Of a DNA stretch of 64,000 nt, positions 37,925-49,100 are shown one piece after another. Each line of letters starts with the position of its first letter. The first letter of the stretch is position 1. The DNA lies in assembly GCA_000146465.1 (NCBI GenBank), contig CP001948.1. One strand, 5' to 3'. A program made the translations under genes and the position numbers. The notes beneath the pieces are model-generated. The model was not told the DNA's origin, did not search any database, and saw only the letters and a list, made by a program, of their open reading frames with translations.

Positions 37925-40900
37925 TTATTCCATTCCGTACACAGAATGTCTTACAATTGTAGAGTCTCCATTTCCGTTTCTACTGAGTCTATAGAAGTAT
38001 TCAGGCCCGTCTCTACTTAGCAGCTGGACAAAATCCTCGTCGTGTGTGATTACAATCAGCTGGAAGTTGGAATCCTTTTTGTGCTTCGAGATTATCTTGG
38101 AGAGAGTGAATGCAAGGCTTTCTATGTTGTCTCTGTCGAGATTGGTCGTTGGTTCATCAAGAGCCAATATATTACAGTTGGAAGCAAAGGAATCTGCAAG
38201 CGCCAGTCTTATGAGAATGCTAGCTATCATCTTTTGTCCGGCACTCGACCTTCCTCTCATGTCGAGCTCCACCCCTCCTTTGATAAATACAACCTTGTAG
38301 TTATATGTTCTTTGGCCCGAACTCTCTGTCTTGATCTCTATCCAGTCAACGTCATCTCCTCGGTAAGTATTCATCCACAGGTCCTTCAGCGTTGCATTGA
38401 CTTCTTCTAACTTCGAGGTATGGAAATCCACAATAGCCTTGTCCAATGCCTGGATGCACTTCTCGAGGTCCAGAGAAGATATCTCCAGAGCCTTAACTTC
38501 AATGAAGCATTTGTTATAGTCCTCTACAGTCTTTTCATGATCTTTCTGAAGCTCCTGCCTACAGGACTTTATCCCCAGAGCAATCTGCTTGCATTCCCCT
38601 AGTAATAATGACTTCTGTGCAATCAGCTTCATCTTCTTTTCTTCCAAAAGCTGTTTCTTCTCTCTAAGTCTGGTTAGATACTCAAAGTCAATTTCAGACA
38701 ACTCCTTCTCTATTTCTTCAATTATCCTTTGTCTTTCGTAATACTTCACACTCTCCTCTGCCAGGACACGCATTTCATGCATAGTACGAATCTTCTGTCC
38801 AGCCTCCAAAACCTCATTTTTCTTCTCAAGGAGCTCATTTCTCACAGCATCAAACTTCCCTTCATCCTTAGCCTCATCACAATACTCAATATGAAGAAGC
38901 TTCTTCACCTTACTGTTCAGCTCTTCTATCTCTTTTTCAAGCACTGCTATTTCCTTTTCCTTTTGGTAGAAAATCTCCATACTCATTTCCAACTCTACTC
39001 TCTTTCTCGAAAACTTCTCCAGAATCTTCTCAACCCTGCCTTTCTTTCGCAATACTTCCTCAGAGACTTCTGCAATCCTCGCTCTTATGCTACTCCTCTC
39101 AATCTGGCGAATGGCTTCTTTTGCATCCTCTCGAAAATTGATCTTTTCTCGGATCTCTTTCTCTGCCCTAACTACTTCCTGCTTCCGCTCAAGATACTCA
39201 ATCCTTTCTTTCTTTCTTTTCATCTCCCCTCTCTTCTCCTCATAGATCTTCTTTATTCCATCAATCATTGACTTCAGCTCCTGAACAGACTCTCCTTCCT
39301 TTTCATCCTTCAGCTTCCCCTCTATCGAAAATAGCTCGGAAACTAATGAAAGATAAAACTCTGTTTTCTTGATTCCCTCAGACTCGTCCAGGATGTCTAA
39401 CTCCATCTCCTCTAGAACTTCCTCATCTACTATGCCTTCGCTAGGCTCGTATTTCAGAATAAGCCCAACAATCTCTTCTCGTTTCCTGTTTCTATCCATC
39501 ACTCCTTCATTGATCCTCTCTATTTCCGTCTTTCCCCTACTTTGTCTCTTGGATGTATTTTCTTTCCCTTCTAAAGAGACTCTTTCAATTGCAAGCTCCA
39601 GTCTTCTTTTAAACCCTATCTCTTCCTCCATAGAAAAGGATCGGTGGCAAATAGGACATCCATGGCTTCTTCTTCCATCCTCCAGCATTTCTCTATAAAT
39701 CTTTTCTCTCCACAAACTCTCTGACTCACTTGTCATATCCCAAAGCTCAAAGGCCTCCTTCTTTCCATAGAATCCTTCAAAGTTCAGTAGGTCAACTCCA
39801 AACATTGCTGAATCCGCTCCAAAGAATGTTCGATTTCTTTCTACAATTTCCCTTGCCTTTTCCACTTCACACTCATTTTTGTAGTAGAATCCTGAAACCT
39901 CTAACTCTAGCACTGCTTGATCTCCAGCTTTGAGTTGCATGGCTCTAAGCTCCTCACACTTCCGACCTATTTCCCTTTTGATTCTTTCATTCTCCTTCTC
40001 TCTTTGCATCATTTCAGCCTTCTTAAGATTTATTTCTGTCTCAATCTTCTTTGCCTTCCTCTCCTTCTTTCTAAGTTCTATTCTTTGTCTCTCAAGTTTC
40101 TGGTGAAGCTCAGAGACATTAACCTCGCTCAGAATCCCCTCAATCTCTTTCTTTCTGTTTCTTATCTGGCTCACCATGAAGTTTTTCTCTGCAATGCTAT
40201 ATGCATCGTTCAACCTCCTTTGATAGTCCTCTAACCTTTCTTCCAAGGCCTCCATCTCTCTATCTCCACTTATCTCCATCTTAAGCCTCTCCATCTCCTC
40301 CAAATATGAGACAGAAACATCTATACTTCCATTGTCCTCAAGACCCTCATATTCGTCCACTATTCTTCTCTTCTCAAAGAGGATTTTCGTCCGATTCCCC
40401 TCTTCCTCCTTCAGCTTCCGAAGCTCCTCCTCAAGCTCATTTATACGTTTCTTTTTGTCTCCAATGTCTTCCTCCACTTTCCTGAAAACCTCAAGAGCCG
40501 TTTCCCTGAAGTCCTTCTCAACCCTCAGCTCCAATGAAAGGTTCTTAAAAGCCTCTGTCTTCTGCCGTTTTGCTTCATCTAACAGAGAGGACTTAACAGA
40601 TATCTCCGAAAACACTCCGTCGAGTTCCCCCTTACTCCGGAGATAGCTGCTTCTTTTCTCGCTCAGACTCCTGAATCTTGCTTCCTTTTCCTCTGCATCC
40701 ATCTTCATCCTCTCGTACCTTTCCTCTACCCTCTTCAGGAACTCTCTGCTCAAAATTTCTCTTGCTTCTTCCAACTCCAACCTCTTTTCCTTCAGCCCAT
40801 CAATAAAGCTCTTTAGTTCCTTATGTTCGTTTCTTAGCAAATATGCCCTTTTCTCCCTTTCCCCATTCTTCTCAAGCTCCATATCTATCTCTTCAACAAT

Positions 40901-41647
40901 TCTTTCACATCTTCTTATTTCATTTCCATAGGCTTCAAGTTTTATCTCATTTCTTTCAATAGATCCACATCCATTTCTTATCCGTGACTCCAGCGATTCC
41001 TTCCTTTCCTTCATCTTTCTCAGGAACTCTAGCTCTTGCATCTTCATCCGGATATCCGAAGAGCATTCTTTCTTTGATGACTTCAGACTGTCCAAGGCCT
41101 TCCCATATTTCACAGATGCAAATATCTCGTCTAGCTTCTTCTTGACAACAATCGGTTCTCCAAGAGGCCATGTGCTTTCCTCCTGATGGCAGAATATAAC
41201 GTTTTCCAGTACACTACTCGACACCCCAAAGTGCTGTGGCATCTCCGTATCGACATCTCCACTCCTTCCACTCACTCCTCCTCCATCCTTTTCAGCCCAC
41301 ACCATACTTTCCAGTGTTTTTTGTTCCTTCTTACCTCCTCTCTGTGTTAACTGAAGAGAGCGCGAACATACCATCGTCTCCCCATGCACATTGGTAAACA
41401 AAAGCTTCACCTGTCCTTGAACCTCTACTAGTCTTGCAACCCTCGGGTCATAGATAAACGCTCCACCTCTACTGTTTGGAGGAAGACTTCCAGTACTGAT
41501 ATACTTCAGCGATTCGATTATCGTTGTCTTTCCTGTTCCGTTGGGCCCAACTATCAGTGTCAACGGAGAATAGAACTCCAGTATACTACCCTCTCTATGG
41601 CTGAATGACCTTATTCCTCGTATCATCAGCTTCTTAAGAGATGACAT
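37925..41647 (-). CDS. RAD50: RAD50
   Basis: N-terminus 'LMIRGIRSF…[33 protein letters not shown]', zinc hook '[10 protein letters not shown]', and C-terminus '[20 protein letters not shown]…[19 protein letters not shown]…[10 protein letters not shown]'. Confidence 0.85.
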   Translation of the reverse strand: MSSLKKLMIRGIRSFSHREGSILEFYSPLTLIVGPNGTGKTTIIESLKYISTGSLPPNSRGGAFIYDPRVARLVEVQGQVKLLFTNVHGETMVCSRSLQLTQRGGKKEQKTLESMVWAEKDGGGVSGRSGDVDTEMPQHFGVSSSVLENVIFCHQEESTWPLGEPIVVKKKLDEIFASVKYGKALDSLKSSKKECSSDIRMKMQELEFLRKMKERKESLESRIRNGCGSIERNEIKLEAYGNEIRRCERIVEEIDMELEKNGEREKRAYLLRNEHKELKSFIDGLKEKRLELEEAREILSREFLKRVEERYERMKMDAEEKEARFRSLSEKRSSYLRSKGELDGVFSEISVKSSLLDEAKRQKTEAFKNLSLELRVEKDFRETALEVFRKVEEDIGDKKKRINELEEELRKLKEEEGNRTKILFEKRRIVDEYEGLEDNGSIDVSVSYLEEMERLKMEISGDREMEALEERLEDYQRRLNDAYSIAEKNFMVSQIRNRKKEIEGILSEVNVSELHQKLERQRIELRKKERKAKKIETEINLKKAEMMQREKENERIKREIGRKCEELRAMQLKAGDQAVLELEVSGFYYKNECEVEKAREIVERNRTFFGADSAMFGVDLLNFEGFYGKKEAFELWDMTSESESLWREKIYREMLEDGRRSHGCPICHRSFSMEEEIGFKRRLELAIERVSLEGKENTSKRQSRGKTEIERINEGVMDRNRKREEIVGLILKYEPSEGIVDEEVLEEMELDILDESEGIKKTEFYLSLVSELFSIEGKLKDEKEGESVQELKSMIDGIKKIYEEKRGEMKRKKERIEYLERKQEVVRAEKEIREKINFREDAKEAIRQIERSSIRARIAEVSEEVLRKKGRVEKILEKFSRKRVELEMSMEIFYQKEKEIAVLEKEIEELNSKVKKLLHIEYCDEAKDEGKFDAVRNELLEKKNEVLEAGQKIRTMHEMRVLAEESVKYYERQRIIEEIEKELSEIDFEYLTRLREKKQLLEEKKMKLIAQKSLLLGECKQIALGIKSCRQELQKDHEKTVEDYNKCFIEVKALEISSLDLEKCIQALDKAIVDFHTSKLEEVNATLKDLWMNTYRGDDVDWIEIKTESSGQRTYNYKVVFIKGGVELDMRGRSSAGQKMIASILIRLALADSFASNCNILALDEPTTNLDRDNIESLAFTLSKIISKHKKDSNFQLIVITHDEDFVQLLSRDGPEYFYRLSRNGNGDSTIVRHSVYGME

Positions 41648-41707
41648 TCCGCAAGGGATCCAAACCTTTTCAAAGTACACTTTCAAAATACTACATAAAC
41701 TATAGCT

Positions 41708-42352
41708 TTATTTTTCCACACATTTGTTCATCATCGAAAGCACTTCCTCGCTTGCAACCCCAAGAAGCTCATCCCTCTCGTTTCGAGCAAGGCTACTCTT
41801 TACTTCCCTGTATTCAAGGAAGGTGTTGTAATCCTCGTCCCCAATACAGCTCACCATACTCATTTGGCTGTAGAGTCTCGTAACATTCTCAAGCTCCAAA
41901 CAGACCTCTGTAATCCTTCTGGCCAGGCCGTCCACAGACTCAGAACATTCAAGAAGAGATCTATACCACTCTTCCCTATATCTTTCAACCTCAATGCTTT
42001 CCCTCACTCCTTCAATCTCTGCTCTATAATAATCCTCAGACTCTAGTACATTCATCAGATCGTCCGTGATCGTCTGCAGATCCACCGTCACAACAACATC
42101 GCTCACTCTCCTCTCCGGTTGGAAAGAGCTCGGAAACCTAAGAATATTTCTCAAAACAAAGTTTGAAAATATAAAGTAGTTTCGACGAAAAGACTCCAAT
42201 ATCGTCCCTGACATTCGATGTATCTTTTTTTTGCCAAGAAACGATAGCTTCTCAATCCCTTCCTTCAGAATCCCTTCTATCTCCCCCTGTAGCTCAGAAA
42301 CTAGGGTCACAGGTGCAAATCCAAAGAACTCAATCTCTTCCTCGCTTCCCAT
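41708..42352 (-). CDS. Mis12/Mtw1-like kinetochore protein
   Basis: 'EFFGFAPVTLVSELQGEIEGILKEGIEKL' resembles Mis12 '[24 protein letters not shown]…'. The size is about 215 aa. The track start is TTG and was moved to ATG. Confidence 0.4.
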   Translation of the reverse strand: MGSEEEIEFFGFAPVTLVSELQGEIEGILKEGIEKLSFLGKKKIHRMSGTILESFRRNYFIFSNFVLRNILRFPSSFQPERRVSDVVVTVDLQTITDDLMNVLESEDYYRAEIEGVRESIEVERYREEWYRSLLECSESVDGLARRITEVCLELENVTRLYSQMSMVSCIGDEDYNTFLEYREVKSSLARNERDELLGVASEEVLSMMNKCVEK

Positions 42353-42393
42353 CCTCAGGGTCAATTTTCTTTCCCCATTCTTATCCAAGACAA

Positions 42394-43521
42394 TTAAATG
42401 ATAAAAAGAACCTTCTCCTTTAGTATCCGCAACCCAGTACTATTCCACTCTTTATCTGTCATCCACATCTCCTTGATGCAGTCCAGCCCTGAAAACACTC
42501 CCATAACATTCATTATCATATCTTCGGCTGAGTCCGGATACATACAAACCTCAGGATAAATCCCACACTCCTCGAAGACCTTTTTTAGAGATGTCTCTGA
42601 CAACAGAGTTCCCCCATGGTTAAACACTATCACCTTACCTCCTATCTTCTTCATCTTTTCCTTACTAAGGACATGGTTTATTCTCTTGCCTATAATCTCA
42701 TAGATGTCTCCCTTTTCATCATACATCTTTAAATGCATCTTGAAGTGCTCCTGAGGATCTACATCTGGATGGCATTCGTTCTCCTTCTGGTGCTGTTGCT
42801 GAAAGTGTGTTTCCATCTTCTCCTCGGTCTCGTCCTTGTAATCACATTTCCCACAAGAAAAGATATTTTTCTCCTCAAACACCTTGATCTTGTTGAACTC
42901 GTCGACAAAGTCTATAGAGTCGGCAAGCTCAAATCCCTTGTTGCTTTCTTTAGATACACAGATCCCATCCAGCATCCAGAAGTCTTCCACAAGACACACC
43001 GTCGTGTAGTTTTCATAGACATTCACCACAACACAGTTTGGTGAAAGAGTTCCGATCGCTTGGGAAAGACTCCGTGGCGTGATCAGAATCCCCTTGAATG
43101 ACAGGACATTAATGAAGAGGTTGCACATCGCCAATATCTCGGTCCTGCCCAGAAGATCTTGGAATATAAGAGAAACAAATGAGTTCTTCGGTTTTATCCC
43201 AAGTTTATGAAGTGCTCCAGAAACCTGGTTCCCCAGCCATCCAATGCATTCCTCAAGATTCCTAAATCTCCTCGTATTCATTCCCGTCGGAAAAAAGAAA
43301 TCCCCCAGATCAATGGACTCCGACTCCACAAGAAGCTTGTTGTTCCAAACCACAATGTGGATTATCTCCTCATCTGCCTTGTAGTTTCCCATTCTATACT
43401 TTTCGTCAACATAGAACGAGACATCGCTTCTCATAAAGAAGCTTTGTATGTTTTTGTTCGGCGTAGTTATTTGCTCAATCTTTGGAACTGTGCACAGTTT
43501 CGGGGTGTATTTAAGCGCCAT
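42394..43521 (-). CDS. Divergent actin-related protein (Arp) with an internal Cys/His-containing insertion
   Basis: The C-terminal actin-fold signature 'VIVFNHGGTLLSETSLKKVFEE…MNVMGVFSGLDCIKEMWMTDKEW' follows the actin pattern '…IVLSGGSTMF…[23 protein letters not shown]'. The insertion is 'SCGKCDYKDETEEKMETHFQQQH'. Confidence 0.4.
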   Translation of the reverse strand: MALKYTPKLCTVPKIEQITTPNKNIQSFFMRSDVSFYVDEKYRMGNYKADEEIIHIVVWNNKLLVESESIDLGDFFFPTGMNTRRFRNLEECIGWLGNQVSGALHKLGIKPKNSFVSLIFQDLLGRTEILAMCNLFINVLSFKGILITPRSLSQAIGTLSPNCVVVNVYENYTTVCLVEDFWMLDGICVSKESNKGFELADSIDFVDEFNKIKVFEEKNIFSCGKCDYKDETEEKMETHFQQQHQKENECHPDVDPQEHFKMHLKMYDEKGDIYEIIGKRINHVLSKEKMKKIGGKVIVFNHGGTLLSETSLKKVFEECGIYPEVCMYPDSAEDMIMNVMGVFSGLDCIKEMWMTDKEWNSTGLRILKEKVLFII

Positions 43522-43557
43522 GGGCTTGGGATTTGATATCTAAATGAACAGTCTTCC

Positions 43558-44199
43558 ATGCCCATGACCTCGAAATATTCTGGAGTCAGTTTAGAGAGTG
43601 ATGAAGAGGAAAAGATTCATCCCAACATAGACGAGAAGAGTTATAAGGAATGGAAAAGAAGACAGAGAGAGCTGAAGAGAAAGGAGCTGGAAAGGAGGCT
43701 TGAAGAGATCAACTCGGTTGAATTTCCGAGTAAAGAGCTGGCCGAAGAGAGAGAGGAGATAGAGAAGATTTTGAAGCCATCCTATGTATGCCTTGGCACC
43801 GAGTCGTTCCGGACCCCCTCTTCAAATGAAGAAAAGGACTATATCCAGGAGTTGAGCCACCTTATAGTTCACAACGAGTTGGACAATTTTATTGAGCTGA
43901 TGGACCAGTGTAAAATTGACATGGAAGAGTTCGAGGTTGTTGTCCTTCACAATCTAGCAGAGCAAATCAAGGAAGGAAACGATGCAGGCGGGCTTATACT
44001 TTCGAAGATATCCTTGTATGTCAAGTATGCCTTGTCGCATGGAAAGGAATTTCTCTTGAAGCTACGTGCCCAACTTACAAACAAAGAAAGGCGAAGGCAA
44101 TTTGAGGAAGACTGTAGAAAGGACTTTGAAGAAACAAGACGAATGTTCTTGGAGCAGTTTGGCACATTGGACTCTACCTGTAGCCAGACTCCTAAATAG
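43558..44199 (+). CDS. Hsp90 co-chaperone Cdc37 (short)
   Basis: The N-terminus 'LESDEEEKIHPNIDEKSYKEWKRRQR' matches the Cdc37 '[24 protein letters not shown]' motif. Confidence 0.55.
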   Translation: MPMTSKYSGVSLESDEEEKIHPNIDEKSYKEWKRRQRELKRKELERRLEEINSVEFPSKELAEEREEIEKILKPSYVCLGTESFRTPSSNEEKDYIQELSHLIVHNELDNFIELMDQCKIDMEEFEVVVLHNLAEQIKEGNDAGGLILSKISLYVKYALSHGKEFLLKLRAQLTNKERRRQFEEDCRKDFEETRRMFLEQFGTLDSTCSQTPK

Positions 44200-44226
44200 G
44201 GGTGCTAGGGACCTAGAACGAATCTT

Positions 44227-44655
44227 TTATTTTGTGTTTGTCTTTAAAGCTGCAAACGGCTTATATAAAAACTCATAACAGCAGGAGATGACAAAGAAGA
44301 CATAAAGCAGCCATGACTTACTGGAGTAGAGCAGAAGCAGCTTCACAACCATCGAAATAAACAGGAAATCAAATGCAACACTGACATGGCCCTTTCCGTT
44401 AAGAGATGCCCCGGGGCTCACCAGAGTTGTTGTCTTTCCGTCGTGAGAAATAACAGGCGTTGAGATTCTATAGAGATAATAAACAGCAAGTGCCTCGGGA
44501 ATGGATCTAACAAGATATACCAGGATGTTTTTCTCTTTGTTCATCAAATACACTGCAAGCGCACATATGTTGTACAGAGCTATGCTTCTTAATATCAACT
44601 TCCTTGTGGTTTTGTTTTTTTCAAAAACTCGAATCTGAGACTTACTTCCTCTCAT
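44227..44655 (-). CDS. Hypothetical small membrane protein with 2-3 transmembrane helices
   Basis: Hydrophobic segments only. Confidence 0.25.
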   Translation of the reverse strand: MRGSKSQIRVFEKNKTTRKLILRSIALYNICALAVYLMNKEKNILVYLVRSIPEALAVYYLYRISTPVISHDGKTTTLVSPGASLNGKGHVSVAFDFLFISMVVKLLLLYSSKSWLLYVFFVISCCYEFLYKPFAALKTNTK

Positions 44656-44758
44656 CTTTGTAGGGCAGAAATAGTAAAAAATATTGATTTCCAGAGCATT
44701 TGTTTAATTCCATTTCCCAAGATAAAAATAGCCTTCCCAGAAGAGGAAAGCTTACATG

Positions 44759-45061
44759 CTATCCCCCTACTTGTGATGTTACCACTTCGAGTTCTTCATT
44801 GCCCTCAAAGCCGAGGTCGCCTGGGGTTTTCCCAGGATCGATATTCTTTCCATTAAACAATAGACGGAACTCCGAGCTGTTCTTCCCGACATTGGAAGAA
44901 AAGGCATCGAGTATCTTCTTGAATGTTGTAGCCGGCTTGACATTGAACACAAGCATTGTACCATCCTGGTCAATAAGCTTCAGCGGCATCTTTTCTGAGG
45001 AAGTTATTTGCGGGATATTCTCTTTGGTCTTGGATTCATTTCCAGAATCCGGCGATCCCAT
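44759..45061 (-). CDS. SUMO (Smt3)
   Basis: β-grasp core '…LKLIDQDGTMLVFNVKPATTFKKILDAFSSNVG…FRLLFNGKNIDPGKTPGDLGFEGNEELEV' ending in the diglycine 'QVGG'. The track start at 45103 is TTG, immediately after the upstream ORF's stop. The first ATG gives 'MGSPDSG…'. Confidence 0.8.
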   Translation of the reverse strand: MGSPDSGNESKTKENIPQITSSEKMPLKLIDQDGTMLVFNVKPATTFKKILDAFSSNVGKNSSEFRLLFNGKNIDPGKTPGDLGFEGNEELEVVTSQVGG

Positions 45062-45103
45062 GGGGTTTCCATCCCACTTGTTTTTGGCCCTGTTTCCTCC
45101 CAA

Positions 45104-45826
45104 TTATCCCTCTTCCCTATCTTCCATCTTTTTTTTCTGGTTTCTTGGCTCCTGAAGCCTGTAGAGTGTGGAAGCTTCGCTGTAGTATGCATTGCCATCT
45201 CTTATGCAGAGAACCAGGAGATTGTCTATCTTTTGTGGTGAGCATGTGAAGACTCGTCCGTCGGACATACAGGCTTTCTTGAACAGCTGGGAAGACCCTT
45301 CTTCTAGAATGGTAAAAGAATCTTTTTGGAAGTCTATCCCGTCCGACTGGATAATGACACTCTCATCTTCCGTCGACGGAAAGAGACTGTAAACCTCTTC
45401 GGCCTTGATGTTCTCGTCTGTAGGGTGAACTATTGTGTTTACATCCTCGAAGGACTCTTGGATATATTTTTGATAGTCGAAGATCTTACTCATGCTTTTC
45501 TTTATCCTTTCTCTCTCCAGAGCCTCGCCTCTTCTTTCCAGCCCACTGGAAGCTCCAAGTCGATGCCCAGGCTTTCCCGTACTTGAGGCCTCCCTTTCGA
45601 TATAGTCCATGACCATTTCTACGAAGTCTATGTCCAAGGCTTCAAGAAGATCTGTATGTAGCCGCCTTGGCACAATCTTCTCAAGGGACCCGTCAAATGA
45701 GGTGAAGTCTCTTTTTATCTGAGGCTCAATGTAGCACATCCCAGGTGTTGGTGCGGGAGGTGCATTTGCCCAGCATATGCTCTCTTCAAGCTCACGGAAG
45801 GCTTTTTCTGGATCCATCTTGGGCAT
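45104..45826 (-). CDS. Hypothetical 240-aa protein, in the same frame as SUMO and immediately upstream of it
   Basis: A clean ORF with no motif I can assign. Its stop codon at 45104-45106 directly abuts the SUMO ORF. Confidence 0.3.
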   Translation of the reverse strand: MPKMDPEKAFRELEESICWANAPPAPTPGMCYIEPQIKRDFTSFDGSLEKIVPRRLHTDLLEALDIDFVEMVMDYIEREASSTGKPGHRLGASSGLERRGEALERERIKKSMSKIFDYQKYIQESFEDVNTIVHPTDENIKAEEVYSLFPSTEDESVIIQSDGIDFQKDSFTILEEGSSQLFKKACMSDGRVFTCSPQKIDNLLVLCIRDGNAYYSEASTLYRLQEPRNQKKKMEDREEG

Positions 45827-46173
45827 TGGGTTGAGAATTTTTCTAGGGTTGATTAAGGCCTTGGCAGCTTTGCCGGCGAAGAAATAAACTTTAAAATCAA
45901 GTGGTCGGGTGCTGGAGAGTAGTCTGAATCCTGTTACAGCACAAACAGCTGCCTTTCGAGTTGGACTATTGGAGTCTAAGACATCGTCCAGTTTCCAAAC
46001 TCCTTCTAGTCATTCCGTTCCGGTCATAGAAGAAGTGAACTTTTCTGTTATGAACGATTTCTGGCATTAACCAGATGCCCTTTCGGCAATGTGTCTCATC
46101 TCAGACCTTCCCAAGGGCAGAGCCCCTAATCGAAAGCTTCCAGCCGCCGACAGGGGTAGGAGAAGAAAAATTT

Positions 46174-49100
46174 ATGAATGGCAGAAAGGCCCTTTTGATG
46201 AATCTAAGGCTAGAATCGATAACAATCCACAACTTCAAAAGCTACAAAGGGACCCATGTGATCCAAGGCCTGGATCCAAGGTTCACGGCGGTAGTTGGGG
46301 CAAATGGCTCGGGGAAGAGCAACATAATAGACAGCATTCTTTTTGTGCTTGGGTTCCGAGCCCGAAGGATGCGTCATTCGTCGATGGCAGGCTTGATCTA
46401 TAGTGGAGACGGAAACCAAGACATGTGTTATGTAGAGCTAGGATTCAACAAGTTCCAAATAAGGAGAGAGGTTTCCTTGGCAGGAAGGACTAGGTATTTT
46501 GTGGATGGAGAAGAGGTACCTTGTACTATGGTGGAGTCTTTGCTCAAGAGCGAGGGTGTTGATATGGAGCACAATAGGTTTTTGATACTACAAGGAGAGA
46601 TCGAGAATATTGCTATGATCAAGCCCATGGATGGTGGTTTGCTGGAATATCTTGAGGATGTAATTGGGACTGGAGAATACAAGGCAGAGATTGAAAAGGA
46701 AGAAAGTGAGCTCCGAAGGGTCTCTGAGGAATGTGAAAGCAAGTCGGCAGCACTGAAGTTCTATGAGAAGGAATACAAACATATTGAAAGAAAGCAGGAG
46801 GAGTGTCTGAGGACAGCCAAAAGAAGAGCTGAATGCCTGTGTCTGGATCGGGATTTACATCTTCTCTTTTCAGAAAGAGGGAAAAAGAAGCTAGAAGGGC
46901 TTCTGTTGGAAAAAAAGAAGATTGAAGAAGATCTTCAGGTCCTTGAAAAGAAGAATAAAGAGAATGGAGGCAAGCTTGAGGTACTGGAAGGGAAAGGAGC
47001 AAATGCAAGAGTTTCGGCTCGAGAAGCCGAGGAGAGGTTTTTGAAGGCGAGAAAAGAATACCAGAGAGCAGAAAGACGAAATAAAATGATGGAAGAGGAC
47101 CTGGAGAGGGAGTCAAAGCGTATTGAGGAGTTATCTCGTGAGATTTCTGAAATCAGGTGTCTGGAAGATAAAAGGCAAAAGGAGGGGCTTAAATGGACAG
47201 AGGAAATTAATCGAAATGTGGAAGAGATCTCTAGATGTAGTGAATTAAGCGAGAAGCTCCGAAGTGAAATTGGAGAAGGACAGAGAAGGATTGAGAAGGA
47301 GGCCAGAAAGAGTATTGAAGAGATTTACAGAGAAGAAGAGCGGATGATGAAGCTTCTCAAGAGGAAAGGAGAGATTGGAGAGAAACAACGAGAATCGGAA
47401 TCTCGATTAGGAATTCTGATGTCGAGGAAGGAGGAGATTTTGAGAAGGGTTGGGGACATCGATGGCAGGCTATCGAAAATGGATGAAGGAAAAATAGAAA
47501 TGGGAAGGTCTGAGGAGGAAATTAGCAGGGAGATTGAAGAGATTGAGAGGGATCTGGCGAAGACAAGAAAGGAAATGAGTAGAAGAATGCAAAGGGCTGA
47601 AGAGCACAGAGAAAACGAGGAGACAAGTTGGAAGGAGAGAGAGATTCTAAGAAGTATTGAGCATGTGAAAGGAGTCTATGGAAGGCTAAGTGATCTTGGG
47701 TCTGTGGAGTCCCAATATGATAGGGCATTCAGGATTGCAGGAAAGGGATTGAACAGCATAGTTGTTGATACAACATGCACTGCAGAAGAGTGTATTTCCA
47801 TAATAAAAAGTCTGGGACTTGGGAGAGCTACATTTATAATATTGGACAGGATTTCCTCGGAGCCTAGCCTTCCTAAGGAGTCTGTGCCTTATCTGTACAA
47901 TCTTGTCAAGTGCCCAAAGGAGTTCCGAAAGTGCTTTTATTTTGCTCTGAAAGACACACTTGTATGCGAAGGATTGGAAGTGGCCGAGAGGCTTGCATTT
48001 GGAAAGACAAGAAAAAGGGTTGTGACGATTGATGGAAAGCTTATTGAGAAGAGTGGAGTCATGAGTGGAGGAAAAGGGAACGGAAGGATAAAAAGCATTG
48101 AAGAGCTTGAGAAGGCGTGCTTGAAGATGATGGAGCTGAAGAAGAAGAAAGTTTCGGAGATGGATATGGTTAGAGACTTGAAGGAAAGAGGAGCCCTATG
48201 GAAGACCCGAGAAAGACTTGCTTCGGACTTAGAGGAAGTGTGCCGGGAGATTGGGAGAGTAGAGAAGAGGATCAATCGAAAAGAGATAGAGGATATTGAA
48301 GTAGAGATTGAGAAGATTAAGAAAAAAGTGTCTTCTCTCCGAGAGGGAATTGAGAGTCTTACCGACATGGAGACCCGTAGGAAGAAAGAAAACCTTCGAA
48401 ATCTTAACGAGAGGATTGAGGTGTTTGAAAAGAGAAACCTTGAACTGAGACTGCATCTTGAAAGCAGTGGATCAGGGGAGCTTCGAGAAAAAGAGCTGGA
48501 GGTTGAAAGAAGAAAAAAAGACTTTGAAAGAATCAGCATCGAAGATATTTCAGGAATGAAGAGCAAGATGATTGAATGTGAAAGGGAATATAAAGAATGT
48601 GCAGAAAGGTTGAGGGGGATATTGAAGGAGATTGCAAACGTGAAAGCCTCTCTTGGAAACGACTACCATATGGAAATTGACCTGAAGAACAGGTTGGATG
48701 ATGCTTGCGATAAGATTGAGGAGTGGACACAGAGGATTAAGGAGAGCGAGACAAAAATAGCTTCTCTTGAGGAAGAATCCAAGAAGTATATGAGGATATG
48801 CAGGCTTGAAATCCATAGTACAGTCAAGGTTGAGGAAATGAACGAAGAGGAAATTGATCGGACAATAGGAAGGATCGGTGGCACGGTGGCAAGACTTAAA
48901 GGCGAAGAGATTGGAGAGATTGATCTAGATGTGTTTGAAGATTGTGAGAGGGCAAGGGTGGAATACGAGAAGGCAAAGGGGGAACATGGATGGTTTGAAT
49001 CTCGGCAGAAGGAGATCAAGGAGTCACTTGAGTATCTGAAAAAGAAGAGGTACGACGAGTTTATGAAAGGATTTACTCAAGTATCTGAAAACCTTAAGGA

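Noticed and set aside
45827-46173. The largest spacer (about 350 bp) and other spacers of 150-230 bp (21394-21578, 22711-22899, 25949-26163, 28027-28224, 53475-53709) were screened for tRNA, snRNA or snoRNA genes.
   Set aside because: No T-loop 'GGTTCGAAT'-type box and no cloverleaf-compatible stems were found. I could see no U6 ACAGAGA or U2 branch-binding signature by eye. I cannot run covariance-model searches, so small ncRNAs are not excluded.
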